Shown here: positions 38,801 to 52,113 of the stretch, piece after piece
Position numbering within the stretch: position 1 is the stretch's first letter
Layout: every line of letters starts with the position of its first letter
DNA from: Phoronis australis
Lineage: Eukaryota; Animalia; Phoronida
Length of the DNA stretch: 64,000 nt
Assembly: GCA_002633005.1 (NCBI GenBank)
Contig: NMRA01000017.1
Location: forward strand, 829,740-893,739
Direction of reading: 5' to 3'
The notes under the pieces: generated by a model
Database searches by the model: none
What the model was told of the DNA's origin: nothing
The model's input: the letters and a program-made list of their open reading frames with translations, nothing else
Program-made: the position numbers and the translations under genes

Positions 38801-41800
38801 CTTGCTAAACTTTACCTGAAGTGGCGCATTTCTTTTTCTTGTAGGAATTCATTACATAGGCCAAATGACTGGCAACCAGTTCTCACATGTTTTTCTGAAG
38901 CAGATATCCGATGGTCAGATAGAATGGGTCAAACTGGAGGATGAGATTGACACGGTAGGTTGGCCAACCTTCATGACAGAATTATCAGGAAACATTGGAT
39001 AAAATATTAACGACGACACTTCCGCTTTGATTCAGCCAGCTGTTGTGTTACGCATCAGTGACTTCTTCGTTGACCTCTTCATTCCATTTGGACATTGGAA
39101 AATGACTAAACCTTGTCTATGCAACTCTGAAATGGCCCAAATCAGTGCCCTAAAATGAAGGTACCCAGCGATCTGTAAAAATCTTTCAAGGTCTAAAATA
39201 CACACCAGAAGTAATCTGATGACGTTCTGTTTCACCATGATGATGAGTTTTGACTGGTCATTCTAGGTATCCTTCTGCCCGGTCACCACCAACAGCACCC
39301 CCTGTTGTCACCTCATCGCCTGCCTCATGTAGCTAAAGCTAACATTGCTTTATACACTGCTTAGAGCAGATCACTTTTTTTTTCTTGGAAACGGATTGGC
39401 TTAAGTAGTAGGGGTGTCGCGTAGTGAATCTTGGACTCCCTGTATGATTTTCTTTGCTCAAAACTATGTGCTATACTGATCCAAATTCTGTTCACCACAT
39501 TGAGGCTGTAAACACTGGAAAGGCATGACTGTGAAGTGACGGATTTCAAAATCAATAACACTTTCTGAAGATGAGGATTTGTGGGAGATAACAGAGATTC
39601 TAACCTTAAGGCACATTTTTAATCATTGGAGGGAATTTTTGGGGCTGATGAATTCATTGGAAGTTTCAAAGACGAGATTGATAGACAGTGTTGGTTTGAA
39701 TTTCAATTAGACGATGTTACCTGCAGGTTAGTCTTGGCGAGCCAGGCAAGGCGAGGAAGTACCCGATTATGACAGGAAGTCGCGATGCACTCCGAGACGG
39801 GATTATTGACAAGTTTCCAGAGGAGAAGGAAGCTATTGAAAAATTTTTTAGATATGTCAGGGTAACGTAGTCTTGACATTATTCTGGAAATTCTTCTTTC
39901 ATTCTTTAACTGAATTTATTATAAATTCTGACAGAAGTTCACATATTAATATTCATCTGCAAAGGTCCAATCAATGTTATGAGCAATGCTCTTTCAACAA
40001 CTTTGCTATTAGACTAAGCAGAAACAACGAGCTGAAAATTCATGAGGCTCTACATGTCACTTGGTGTAAGCCCAAACTCAATAGGCAACTGTCACTCCAC
40101 AGGTGTTCATTGTTAGTCTAGTCTACTGTTATGCTTCCCTATAACAGACTATATCTGTGTATCACTACTTGTTGGGCCTAGCAAGTTGGGCGCTGTTTTT
40201 GCTTCTGAGGACAGTGTTTTAAGAAACACCAAAACAAGTCAAGCCAATTTAAATTAATCGTTTTTATGAACAGGGACAGTTTTTCATCTGGATCATTTTC
40301 ATTGTAGACTTATATGATAATTTATTTTAATTTTAGGCAGCTAACAAGTCATTCATTGGTTTGACCATTGTAAAAGCACTCTCAAAGAAGCTTGTCACAT
40401 TCCTCATCAAGACGGGTCTTATCCGATTTGTCACGAGTTTCTTCAACTATGCTAGCCGTACAACTCAAGAAGTGCTCGATGAAGTCACCACTAATGAAGA
40501 GCTAAAAGCTGTTCTGGCTTACAGCTATGGCGATTATGGTGAATTTCACTCTAATCATTCACTTTTGTTGTATAACTGTCATATCAAGGTTTTGTAAAGA
40601 TGTCGGAAATAAAGTTCATGGTAATGCTTTTCCTGTTAAACGTATCATATAGTAGAACTGTGGAATTTCATTTTGTCTGCAACTATAAAGTGTAAGAACA
40701 TTTTTGTAGCACGAGCATGAATCGTACTGCACCTCTGTGTGAAACAACACCTGGTAAAAATTCTGTCACTTATATCAATGTAGTCGACTGCAGAAAAAAA
40801 TAGAAAAAATGTCAATTTTAATTTTGGTTATTAATGAGAATGGAACTTGGTTCAATTCTATAACAATACTTGGAGTTCTATGTTTGTTTACTGTAAAAGT
40901 ACCTTAATTTCTTTTGTCAGGTACTGAGCCAAGGTCTGGCAGTTTTGCCCAACATGCCGTGTTACTTTGTCACTACAGCCACGGAGGGTATTATCCACGC
41001 GGTGGCGCTAGTGAGATCGCCTTTCACATGATTCCAGTCATAGAGAGGGCTGGTGGTCGTGTGTTCGTGCGAGCCCCTGTCAGTGAAATCCTGTTTAACG
41101 AGAAGGGCAAGGCTAATGGTAGGTTGTGTTTGTGCATTGGTGGCTATGGTGATACTCCCACGTATTATTCACTAATGATTTAATTAATAGGAACGATTGC
41201 TTTCATTTCAAAGTTCTTTAAACATGTGGGTTTAAGGCCCGTGCTCTTGTAAGTGCTCACTCCTTATTTTTCAAAATTTCCGTATTAAGCACTAACTGCT
41301 CAGCTAAGCACCCACGCTCTACTTTTGTGAAATTTCAGTTCGGCACCCAGTGCTCTGACAAGCACTCACCTGACTGTAATTTTGTTCCTGGGATTGATTT
41401 TTAAAAGAAGTAAGGGAGTAATTCAAGTGTCTCCTTATGCACACAACAAATATGTCAAAAGAACCGCTCTTTTTTCGCAGTTTTAAGAGCCGAATCTTGG
41501 CCTTGTGAACCCCTAAGCTGAAGTGACATGCATTTTGCCATCACATTACAGCCTTACTGATTTTGTCCATGTGTGGCACATATTCAGTGCCAAGGAAGCA
41601 AACTCAAATCACCCAATTTTAATGTAAATCTGCACAAAGTCGAAACAAATTAAGTATCGAATCTGTGAACAACATTAGACACGTTTTTTTCTTTTGAAAT
41701 TGACACTGAATCGTTCCTGTGAATCATCTCGTAATTGATTGCAACCTTGTGGAAGTTTTTGCCAAGAATTTTTTCAAGAATTATTTTAGTTGAAAAATTT

Positions 41801-44800
41801 TAACTGCACTTAGATTTATTCTAATTTTTGGTTTTAAAGACTTTGGTAACATTTATATGGCAGGCCAGTTTCTGACAGTGAGATTTTTTACACTTCATTT
41901 CCTACGGTGTTCCTTGTCACAAAATCTTTTTGAAAATCTGAGAAAATGAAGAAAATTCAGGTAAAAATGAGGTAGATAGCACGGACACTGAATTAAGTGA
42001 AATTTAATTTTTTTCTATTTTACAGGTGTCCGTGTTCATAAGACAAGTGGTGACATCGATGTGTTTGCCCCTCTGATCATCTCTGATGCTGGCGTCGTTA
42101 ACACGCTGACAAGTCTTGTGCCCAAAGATATTGCAGTCAAGTCTCGTAAGTAAAGTGATACTGACAGTTGTTGTGGGGAATATTTTCTTATTAAGTGAAT
42201 CACTGTCTTGTTATTTGTATACTTAGGTGAAACACTAGTTATTTGCATAGTTTACTTAATATATGGATAACTTGTTATTTCCATAACTTGGGTGAATCTC
42301 TAGTTATATGTCTAATGCATTAAATATCTAGTTTTTTGGATACTCATTTGAATCACTTGTCGTGGGTAAAAATAGCTTTGTTGGTTATGGTTTTGTTATG
42401 GTTTGCACCCAACTCATTTTGAAACCTGCATCTCAAAACTGCCATCAGATGGCACTGGCATGCAAATGACAAGGGGCTTTAGAAACCGACTCTTTGTTAT
42501 CCAAAGATAAAGGACATGTGCGTGCTTGGGAGGTAAAATTCTCATGATACACTGGCACTTTTAAGGACGAAGTTCTTATTGAGTATACTGGATGTGTGTA
42601 TTTAAAAGTGAAAAATTGGACATTCTGGAATGGCCGTAAAGCCGGACATGAGCATCAAGAAGATTACTGTTACATATGGTATTTGTTCCGGTTTGTTTTT
42701 CTGTTTTGCTTCATCATCACACAGACCAGTGTTGTTTCATGAAAGCTTTGGTTTCAAAATTCAGTTGCAATTGAGAGATAACCTTCTATTGACGGTCATA
42801 AATGCTCCAGATGTTCATTTTTGCGAGCCTTTTTGACATGAAACTTAATTTGACTCGTTTTTCTGACAGTTGAACTGAGGGAGAAGCAGTTTTATGGAAT
42901 TATTCGTCTTGCCTTTAGAATTATTCATCTTACCTTTAGAATTATTTGTCTTACATTTAGAATCATTTGTCTTACCTTTAGAATCATTTGTCTTACCTTT
43001 AGAATCAGCTGTCTTACCTTTAGAATCATTTGTCTTACCTTTAGAATCATCTGTCTTACCTTAAGAATCATCTGTCTTACCTTAAGAATCATTTGTCTTA
43101 CCTTTAGAAGCATTTGTCTAACCTTTAGAATCATTTGTCTTACCTTTAGAATCATTTGTCTTACCTTTAGAATCATTTGTCTAACCTTTAGAATCATTTG
43201 TCTTACCTTTAGAATCATTTGTCTTACCTTTAGAATCATCTGTCTTACCTTTAGAATCATCTGTCTTACCTTTAGAATCATCTGTCTTACCTTTTACCTT
43301 TAGAATCATTTGTCTTACCTTTAGAAGCATTTGTCTAACCTTTAGTGTCATTTGTCATTTGTCTTACCTTTAGAATCATTTGTCTAACCTTTAGAATCAT
43401 TTGTCTTACCTTTAGAATCGTTTGTCTTACCTTAAGAGTCATTTGTCTTACCTTTAGAATCATTTGTCTTACCTTTAGAATTAGTTGTCTTACCTTTAGA
43501 ATTACTTGTCTTATCTTTACAATCATTTGAAGAAATGTGATAAACATGGAATATTACTAGATATTTATCTATAAAACTGATTGTTTGAAATTTTTCCATC
43601 ATGATAACATTCTCTGAAGTTGTTGAGATATGTTGTACGCATATAACAATATAATTCATCCATGAACTTTCAGCCATGTACAAATTGTTAACGACTAAGA
43701 CAGTGCAGTCTGGTGTGGGTGCATTCTCTCTGTTCGTCGGCCTCAAAGGAACCACAGAGGAGTTGGGACTAAAAGCTAACAACGTCTGGGCATTCACTGG
43801 GTTAGTATTTTATTTCAGTCTTCATCTGTCTTGTAAGTAGACTGTATTAAAAGGATAACAAACCTAGTTTTTTGCCTATTAGCATTGAAAACGCCTTTCC
43901 AATTCAGTTCTCTGAAACAAAATGATGCTCTGTAACCTTCGACAACCCTCAAAAGTAAAAGTTGAAAACTTACAAAATCTGCTAAATAGGCAAACGTCAC
44001 CTACGTTTTAGACGAGTTACACGACAACGGTAGGGACAGATCACACACGAAGAACTATAATATCCAATCTAAGTGACACAGAAGGTATGAGTTTTTAGTT
44101 GAATCTGAAGTTAGCCAAATTTTGGACATTTTTAGTGCCCTACGCTGCCTAAATGTTATACAGTCACGAGTATTGCTGTATGTATTTTGTTGTAGTCTAT
44201 ATGAGTAAAAGGAAACCTTTTAGTAACTTGAAGTTGATCTGTATTGTCTTAACGCCTTCACATTAATGGGTTTAAACGTCTCTCAAACTTAATGAAACTG
44301 TCACTTACTCAAATTTAACTTAATTTTGTCAAACAACTTTCTGATCACATTGTCTGTTCTTCCTCACTAAAAAAATCTCTAGTTTGCAGTCCAGTAAGTC
44401 ACTTGCAAGAATCGCCGTAAGGTGGCAGCACGTTACTGAGTAATAACTTTAGTGGCAGAAAGATCTCTACACCCACCACCTTAAACCAATTTTAAACATT
44501 TAACTTCATCGCTAAAGTATGTTGGTCCAAATAACACATGTCAGCACAGCAATCCACGTACACAGAACCTTCCAACTGTATACACTTAGATACAGGTCTG
44601 TCAAGCTCCGAAAACTGTGTTTTCTCTTTGACCTTGGGAACAAGACCATCGCTGCCTGGGTATGTTTCAACGACGCGAGCCAATGGCCAGGTATTTCTAG
44701 GAGCAGTTTTGTCGACAACATCATTGATTTGAAGATTTTTTTCTGCTTCAACCATTTTTGATCACATAAATATTGAACTTGACGCCATCTACGCTTCAGA

Positions 44801-47800
44801 TAGATGACGATTGTCCTTCCTGTCAAAGGTTCCAGGTGGGTAGTTGGAGTTAGCTCGCAACAAGGGCATCAGGGGCTGAAGGTCTCTTGGATGATTGACA
44901 TGCATGTGATTGGCCTTCCATTCAGTATGGATTCAGTCTCGCACATCGAGGTACTCAAACTTTCAGTTGTCAGCGTCTGATCTTGCAGTAGAATCCCGAG
45001 CACCTTCCTCACACTGCGAATTTTGCACCTTTCCTTTATGCCTCCCCAATGAGATCCGGAGGGCGGATTAAATATCTACCTAATATTCTTCTGTGAGGCA
45101 AATCGTGAGATCACTTCTTGACTGAACTTGCTGAGTGACTCTCTGAGTTCCCTTTCTCCACCCACTAGATTGGTTCCATTGTAGCAACACTCGTCTGGCA
45201 AGCACTTGTATTTATAACCCAAAACTTCGTGAAGTTTGGCTTTGGTGTAATTTCTGCCCATATGTCCGCAGACTTGGTAAAATGGCGGATAATCAATGCT
45301 GTCCCATAGTCGTACTTTGGTGGAATAATCTATTGCTTTACGCCTTCAGGAAATTTGTCTACCACCGACATTCAACAGACCATCTACCAAGACTGGGTCT
45401 AAGTTACGGATACTTCTGCACTTCTTGACCAGTGTCTTACCACCATCACTTGACTGGTAAAAGTCTGCCAGTTTGTCTGGGAAATGATGTCACTGAACAA
45501 TTCTTAAAATGAGAATTTCCGCATCCAATTCCTCTGGCACCAAAAGACCAATTTCACCTGTCTTGCCTGTGATTTGGTTTATGAATATCTTCACCCAGGA
45601 AATCACTCTCATAGCCTTTGTCCACAAAGACCAGCAGTGAATAACCTCAAGAACCGGATGAGAGTCTGCAACTTTCTGTGAAAACACCTTGGTTGCTGTC
45701 TTTACTTCGGGATCGTCTTCAGAGAGTATAATTTCAGTGACTTTGTTGCATGGCCACTGGTCAGCTGGTTTTCTCAAGAAATTGGTTTCTGTCAACCACT
45801 TACTGTTGGACAGGAGTCTGTCAGCTGATAAACCTCTTGAGGCATCGTCTCCAGGGTTCACCTTCCCTTCTATGTGCTTCCATTGTTGGACAGTTGTTCC
45901 TTGATGGATAACAGTCAGTCGATTTGCGGCAAATATTTTGGATCTTTTGTCTGTGTTGCGTATGTACTTTGAGACGGCCTCACTATCGGTCCAAAACATC
46001 GACTCTTCAGTTACGTCCATCTCTCTTTGTATTGCTGCTTCAATTCTGACAGCTAAGGTAGCTGCTGACAATTCGAGTCAAGGTATTGCCATAATCTTTA
46101 AGGGACTCGCAGGAGACTGATGAGGCTTGTGTTAACTTGACCCGTCGCCATAGTGGGTTTTCAGCAGTTTCAACCCCATGTCATATCCCTTCTTTGGGTT
46201 ACCTATTAATATACTTTCTACCTTTGGTTCTTTGCCAAGGAACTGGTGCAAATAGTATAACCTTTGGCTTTCTGAGGTGATGCGTGAAGTGATATTTTCG
46301 AACGCCAGTCGGGTCGCCATCAAATCAAGGCATATTGGATTTTGGTAATGTCGTGCTTCCAAAAATTTTCGTCATTCTCTGTTCTTCTTTGTCGCTCTCA
46401 TTTTTTACAGCTTTTTTGCGGGGTACATTTATATCAGCTGAAGATTCACTTTCAGAATCATCTCGGACTAGCTGCTTCACAAGCCAGGTTTCTGCTCTTT
46501 TCTTAAGAGTCACGACATAAGTCTCTTTTTCTTCTAAATCTTCGAAGAGAACTTCAACATCTGACTGCTTCTGGCATACTTTAATTATTTCTTTGTAACA
46601 ATCTTTATGCGTGTGCCAAATATGCTTTAAAGCATGGTGTTTTTGCTTAACTTCAGTCACAGACATTTCATCTAACATCAAGGAGCAAAATGTAGTAGAT
46701 TTTTATCAGTTTTAACATTAGTTTTGAGAGAATTCTGTACTGCCAACAGTCTTCCGTCCAACAACAATTTTATACAGAATGCCCTTAGCAATCATGGGAA
46801 AACAGCATTTCTGAGGAGTTGAATTATCCAAAGTTCCTAAAAGCTCTCAAATATTTCACATTCTACAAATCCCCATTGCAAACGGCCATCTTAAATACAA
46901 ATCTTTTACATGAGAAAACACAATGTCGGGTTATTAAAGAGATTATGAACATTTTCATTGACATGCCAAAATAAAGAAACAGTTACCATGTCCGCACTGT
47001 CTTTCATTTTACACTCTTGATATGTTCAACTTCTACAAATTACATTAAAGGCCAAAGAAAAATGTTTAGCCATATTTCATGTTAAGACTAGGAGTGTAAT
47101 GACACTCATGCAATTTTAAGTCAAAACACCCTTTGATTGACTGGCACTGTAGTAATCACCTGCCAAATGAATGCCATCTTGACAGAGCACTCACACCTTA
47201 AAACATGGAAAAAGATTTTGTGCACACTATGTATCACCCAGGGGGAGAGGCACGTCTAATGGGTAGCCCAGTATGAATCCGTGAACACAAATAAACAATG
47301 TTATTTCAAAGCTCATAACACCATTCATGGTATTCCAGAAATAAGGGTCACATTCAACAAACACAAACCTGTCACATTTGATATACACAGCTTCCAAGTT
47401 TTCACTCCCGCCGACTAGTTGTTGTTAACTCCAAATTACGGCATCCGAGATTTCAACGGTAAAGCACAATCTGGTAATATGAAGCAAAAGTGCGTCATAT
47501 TACGAAAAAAAAACTCATGATATGACGCATATTTGCGTGATATTACGCATCTTTGCGTTACGTTACGCACCAGTGTGTTACGTGACGCATTTTTGCGTAA
47601 TATCACGCACGCAAATTTGCGTTACCGTTACACACAAATTTTTAATTGCCAATTACCAAAATCTCGTTAATTGATTTTTCAAAGCAAAATCAGGAATGTG
47701 TTTAAAAAGTGATAGTCTTTCGTACCAAGTCATTTTTGTTGAAAATATCTGGATATTTTTCATTTGCGTCACGTTACGTTCCAGTTCGGGACAAAATGAG

Positions 47801-50800
47801 ATTTTCCCTATTTAAATAAGATCGACTTCATGGCAGACGTAGTTCATTTCTACTCGCCAACAACGCTTCTTTAGCTCCTTCAGCTTCTGTCGTGTCATTG
47901 TCACTTCATCGTCTTGGTGCATCTTGGAGGCTAGTCGCGCATGTCTAAACTGTTGTAGTCGGCATGAGTAAAAATAAACCTTTTTAGTCACTTGAAGTTG
48001 ATCTATATTTCTAAACGCTTTCACAACAATGGGTATTGTAAAACGCCTTCACAACAATGGGTTTAGACGTGTCTCAGACTTGAAAAAACTGTATCTTGAT
48101 CAAACATAACTTATTTTGTCAAACAATTTTCTGATCACATTTTGTCTGTTCCTCCTCACTAAAACACTCCTCCAGATGGCAGTCCAGTTAGTCACTTGCA
48201 AGAATTGTCACAAGGTGGCAGCACTTTACAGTGTAATAACTTATTAAGTGGCAAAAAGGCCTCTGCATATATATTAGAGCATAAGCACTATATTTTGTAT
48301 GCTCTCATTACCTGCGGCTAAAATATTCAACATGTAACTCTGTCTGGCCGCTAATGCTTTGTGTGTAAAGAATCGTGATATTGAGAAAATAGAAACTAAC
48401 CACCTGGTATGGATGTTTGAAATGCAACAAAAATTCTTGATCTAATTTATTGTGTTACAGAACTAACCTGTCTGAGTTACAAGAGCGCTACATGTCCCTG
48501 TCAGCAGAAGAGGCAGCCAGTAGAGATATTCCATTGCTGTTCATATCCTTCCCATCCACGAAGGACCCCACTTGGGAAGAACGCTACCCAGGTTGGTTAA
48601 TCGGTCCACAAGGGTATGGCTGTCATTGACATTGTGTGGCGTGCCCATCAGATGCTAAGGATCATAGTCTCGTGTTACTTTGTTTAGTTTTAAGAATGTT
48701 TTGTAATAAAATCTAGTGTTAGTTTGACAGTGTGTTTTTAACTAATTCTCTGCGTTTCCTAATTTGAAACCCAATCCACATGGGCACTAGATGATATTAA
48801 GTTTTTTATTTGCTAATGGTTTTATTTGATTGAATGAGATGATGTATGATATGCAGTCGGTACTTAGTAATTATTCCCAAACCCCCTTGATGGCTTGTTT
48901 ATCAATTCTGTTTGAGAACACTTCTTTTTGTTTGTTATATTTGCTGTTAAGGAGAAAAACAAAAATAGAGACCCACCAGTCAATTGGAAATGAGCTCTTG
49001 TCTTTTCGGAGAAGTTTTTACAGTTGGTTGTTGCTTTACACGATTCTGTTCAAGTTGACTGTCATTGTAGTGTAGCTTCAGCCACTGAGCGACTGTGGTT
49101 GTTGGGGGAATTCTAGACATTGTACCAAATTCCAGTTCGCTGAAATGATAAGCCTTTGGAAGAGCAAATGTGTGTCAAGAAGGTTATTTTTAACGCTAGA
49201 CCTTGTTCATTGTGGTTTTGAGTTCACAAGTCCTGTTGAACACTTGGTTTTTTTGTTACAACCTTTGTTCGACAGGTCGATCTGTGTGTACTGTTGTGAC
49301 TCTGGCTAAATGGGATTGGTTCAAAGAATGGAAGGACAAGCAGGTATTGAAGAGGGGAGATGATTATGAGAGTCTCAAGGGGTCCTTTGCCAGCAAGATG
49401 TGGGACCAGGTCTGTGGACACTTCCCCCAACTGAAGGACAAGGTGAGGGTCAAAGGTTATTCCATAGGCCAGACCACCAAATTTTACCAGAAACTTGACT
49501 TCAAAATTTATTCTTTGCGTTCCGTGAAATTTTGAAAGACTACTTGAAGTGTGCCCCGCGATGGATTTATTTTTTAGTCTAGTCATGGGTAAAGTTTGGT
49601 GGTTACAGACAAAGTGTTTGTTTTTAGTCAATAAAATGGAAACAAAACTGGGCTGCATTGTGTAGACTGAAAACATTAGCCATGTACTTGTGCCGAGAAA
49701 TCCTCACCAGTGTAATGGAAACAATGCATTCCATCCCATAATTTATGAATTTCCTCCCATAATTCAACATTCCAACCTCACCGGACAATCATTTTATTAG
49801 CTGCCATTTTGCTCGGTCTTTCATGGTAAGGTCTTGACCATGTGATTTTGCACAGTGTTGCATGATCTTGCCTTTTTTCTAGAAACTTAAGTCTGTGGAA
49901 CACGCCTTCAGTGAAGAAAGGACACCAGTTAATGTTGCATTTCAGTTTGTAGGTCAAAGGATGTCATGTAAGTTTTGAATAAGTTAACCAAGTTGTGCTC
50001 ATACTGTAAGACGGGACAATATCTTGTGGAACGCAAGGCAGTGCAAAATATTTCCGAGGGAATGAAAAAAATTTAAAAGAGAATGCAAAAGTTTTGCAAG
50101 GGAACGCAAAATATTTGTGAGGGAACACAAAATTTTTGTGAGGGAATGCAAAAATCTTGAATTTTTTTCGCATCATGTCCTTTTAGATGCTCTGTATGAT
50201 AATTATATTTTAGCATTCTTTGTACTTCACAAAAATGTTGAACATTTGTCCAAAGGCAAAAGCCATTGGCTAAAAGTAATTCATATTCATTACTTTACGA
50301 CATATTGAAAGATCTGTTTTATATCATGACAGGATGACTACATGAGCCTGGGCACTCCAGTGAGCAACACACACTACATCGGATCACCCAAAGGTGAGAT
50401 CTATGGCATTGATCACACTGTGAAGCGGTTTTCACCTGATGCTGCGATGACGATGAGACCTGACACAGGTATTCGTGGCCTAAAGCTGACAGGTAGGAAT
50501 CGGTCAATTTATACTCTTGTCTGATGCTTTCGTATTCAGTCACTTAAAGAAGATTTCAATAGACTATGCATAATTTATGGTTAAGTTGGACCTTATTGAC
50601 ATGTTTGTAGATTGAGCCAAATATTAACAAGACTGTATATTTTAAGTCGGTAAATGTTTATTGTCTGACTGAAAATTTTATTATTTTGTTCTAGTCAAGG
50701 TCAGTCAAGGTCAGAGCTTAGTCAAGGTTGGGACTTGTACCAAATTTTAGAAAGAGGCAATACCAATGATTACCTCACAAAAGATTATTCACCTCTATCA

Positions 50801-52113
50801 GTCGATGTTTTACACTATTGAGCAACACGAAAACATTACATCAGTGTTTCTTTTCTACAATGAACTTCCTATTTTCAGGCTGTTCATATGAAATCCGGTG
50901 TCCGATATTTCTGAGAGAAATATAATGAACGCCAAAATTGCCCATGTCCCAGTCTTCAAAACCACGAAAATTCAATTTTAGCTTGTTTTTGTGTTCCAAA
51001 AGGTAGAGACCGTTTCAAAATAGACAACTTTTATCGCAAAACATTAACCTCTTCATTAAATGCAGTGCCAGTAGTCTATGTTTAGTATGGTGAACTCTAC
51101 CAAAAGGTCACAAGGTCAATTCATGGCTGAGCACTAGTTATGCAGCTGCGGTGCTCCAGTTGACATAGTTGTATGAATGAGTAGCAGGCATAGATGGGAA
51201 CTAACCTGCAATGGACTGCTGTCCCATTCAGTGTTAATGGAAATGTTAACACACATCACATCTAATCACATACTGGGTTTTTCACAACGTAAAACTGTTC
51301 CCCTGTGCCACCCACTTTGAAGCCAAGGCAACTCTTGGTACAGGTAGGTTGCGTTACAAGTCATCGGCAGACTTTTATGCAGCGTTTGTCCAAATGGACG
51401 CCCTAGCACTAATATGGATGCCCTGACAAGGACGCCCAATGTATCATTCGGAAGCCCACTGTCAATAGGAACCTTTCAAGTTTGGACTCGCACATTGTAA
51501 TGAATACTAGGAAGCCTCTGAAGTCTCACAGTGGGGTCTCTTTTTTCAAAGCAGGAAGAAATATACAATGTACATACAAAGTATATACAATGTTGCTGTG
51601 CTCACACTTAGTTGATAGCATTGTAGAAGTCTTAGTCTACAGTTTTTTTAGTGAAAATGCTCACTACAGAAGGCTGTGTCGTAAACTTAGATTTACAAAC
51701 CTTGGTCTATGCATTTTTTGTAAAAAAATCTGTGTGTTTGGGGGGATTGCTGGGGGTGGGGGGTTACGCGTCGGAATCATGGACGTCCTGGAATATTGGG
51801 AACCCCATTTTGGACACCCTATTTTCGAAATCCTGGATATATAAAGGCCTGGTCATCGGTCCCACGTATTCTGCCCCCATTCCTTCCTGAAAATTCCATT
51901 GTTTGTACTGTAATGTGCTTGCTGATTTAGAATAACCTTTTAGACAGTATTGATTCAAAAATGCTTACAGGTCAGGATGTGTTGTGCTGTGGTTTCTCTG
52001 GTGCCATGTATGGGGGCTTATTGTGTGCAGCCGATGTCCTGCACAGGAATCTACTGAAAGACCTTATGTCACTGAAGAAACAAATTGACAAGCGCAGCAA
52101 AAAGAACAACTAG
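35860..52113 (+). CDS. RETSAT: All-trans-retinol 13,14-reductase (retinol saturase), 12 exons, ~631 aa
   Basis: Exons 35860-36079, 38008-38190, 38845-38954, 39727-39861, 40337-40538, 40921-41118, 42026-42145, 43674-43800, 48461-48591, 49276-49442, 50333-50492, 51971-52113; all GT-AG and phase-consistent (1896 nt). Motifs: N-terminal anchor, [88 protein letters not shown]-terminal KKNN. Confidence 0.95.
36505..37041 (-). mobile_element. Complete TRIM (non-autonomous LTR element) with tRNA-like Pol III boxes in its LTRs, in RETSAT intron 1
   Basis: LTRs 36505-36659 and 36889-37041 with TG...CA ends; GGTG TSD at 36501-36504 and 37042-37045. PBS tggcgtagtcggcaggat (36869-36886, minus) is complementary to the tRNA-Ser 3' end. 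Purine tract aggggaa sits beside the other LTR. A box TAGCTGAATAG and B box GGTTCGATTCC lie inside the LTR. Confidence 0.9.
42905..43528. repeat. 21-bp minisatellite (tcttacctttagaatcatttg)n in RETSAT intron 7
   Basis: Roughly 29-30 tandem units with few variants; produces spurious (MILKVRQ)n ORFs. Confidence 0.95.
44188..48267 (-). mobile_element. Decayed, internally deleted BEL/Pao LTR retrotransposon in RETSAT intron 8
   Basis: Diverged LTRs 44188-44471 and 47951-48267 (tgttgtagtc...ctctaca / ctctgca); PPT-like ggtggtggg beside the 3' LTR. Gag remnant (RLYYLHQFL...LLKTHYGD), Pao RNase H ([37 protein letters not shown]) and integrase C-terminus ([20 protein letters not shown]...RPVSK). Confidence 0.88.
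47491..47640. repeat. Array of ~20-bp self-complementary units (tgcgt-N6-acgca)
   Basis: Units such as tgcgtgatattacgca, tgcgttacgttacgca and tgcgtaatatcacgca, separated by 4-5 nt. Confidence 0.65.
50028..50156. repeat. Degenerate ~21-bp tandem repeat (gggaacgcaaaatatttgtga-like)
   Basis: About 6 diverged units in RETSAT intron 10. Confidence 0.6.

Noticed and set aside
42925-43547. (MILKVRQ)n heptad ORFs as a coiled-coil protein, or the array as CRISPR
   Set aside because: Pure 21-bp tandem repeat in an intron with no unique spacers and no cas genes, in a eukaryotic context.
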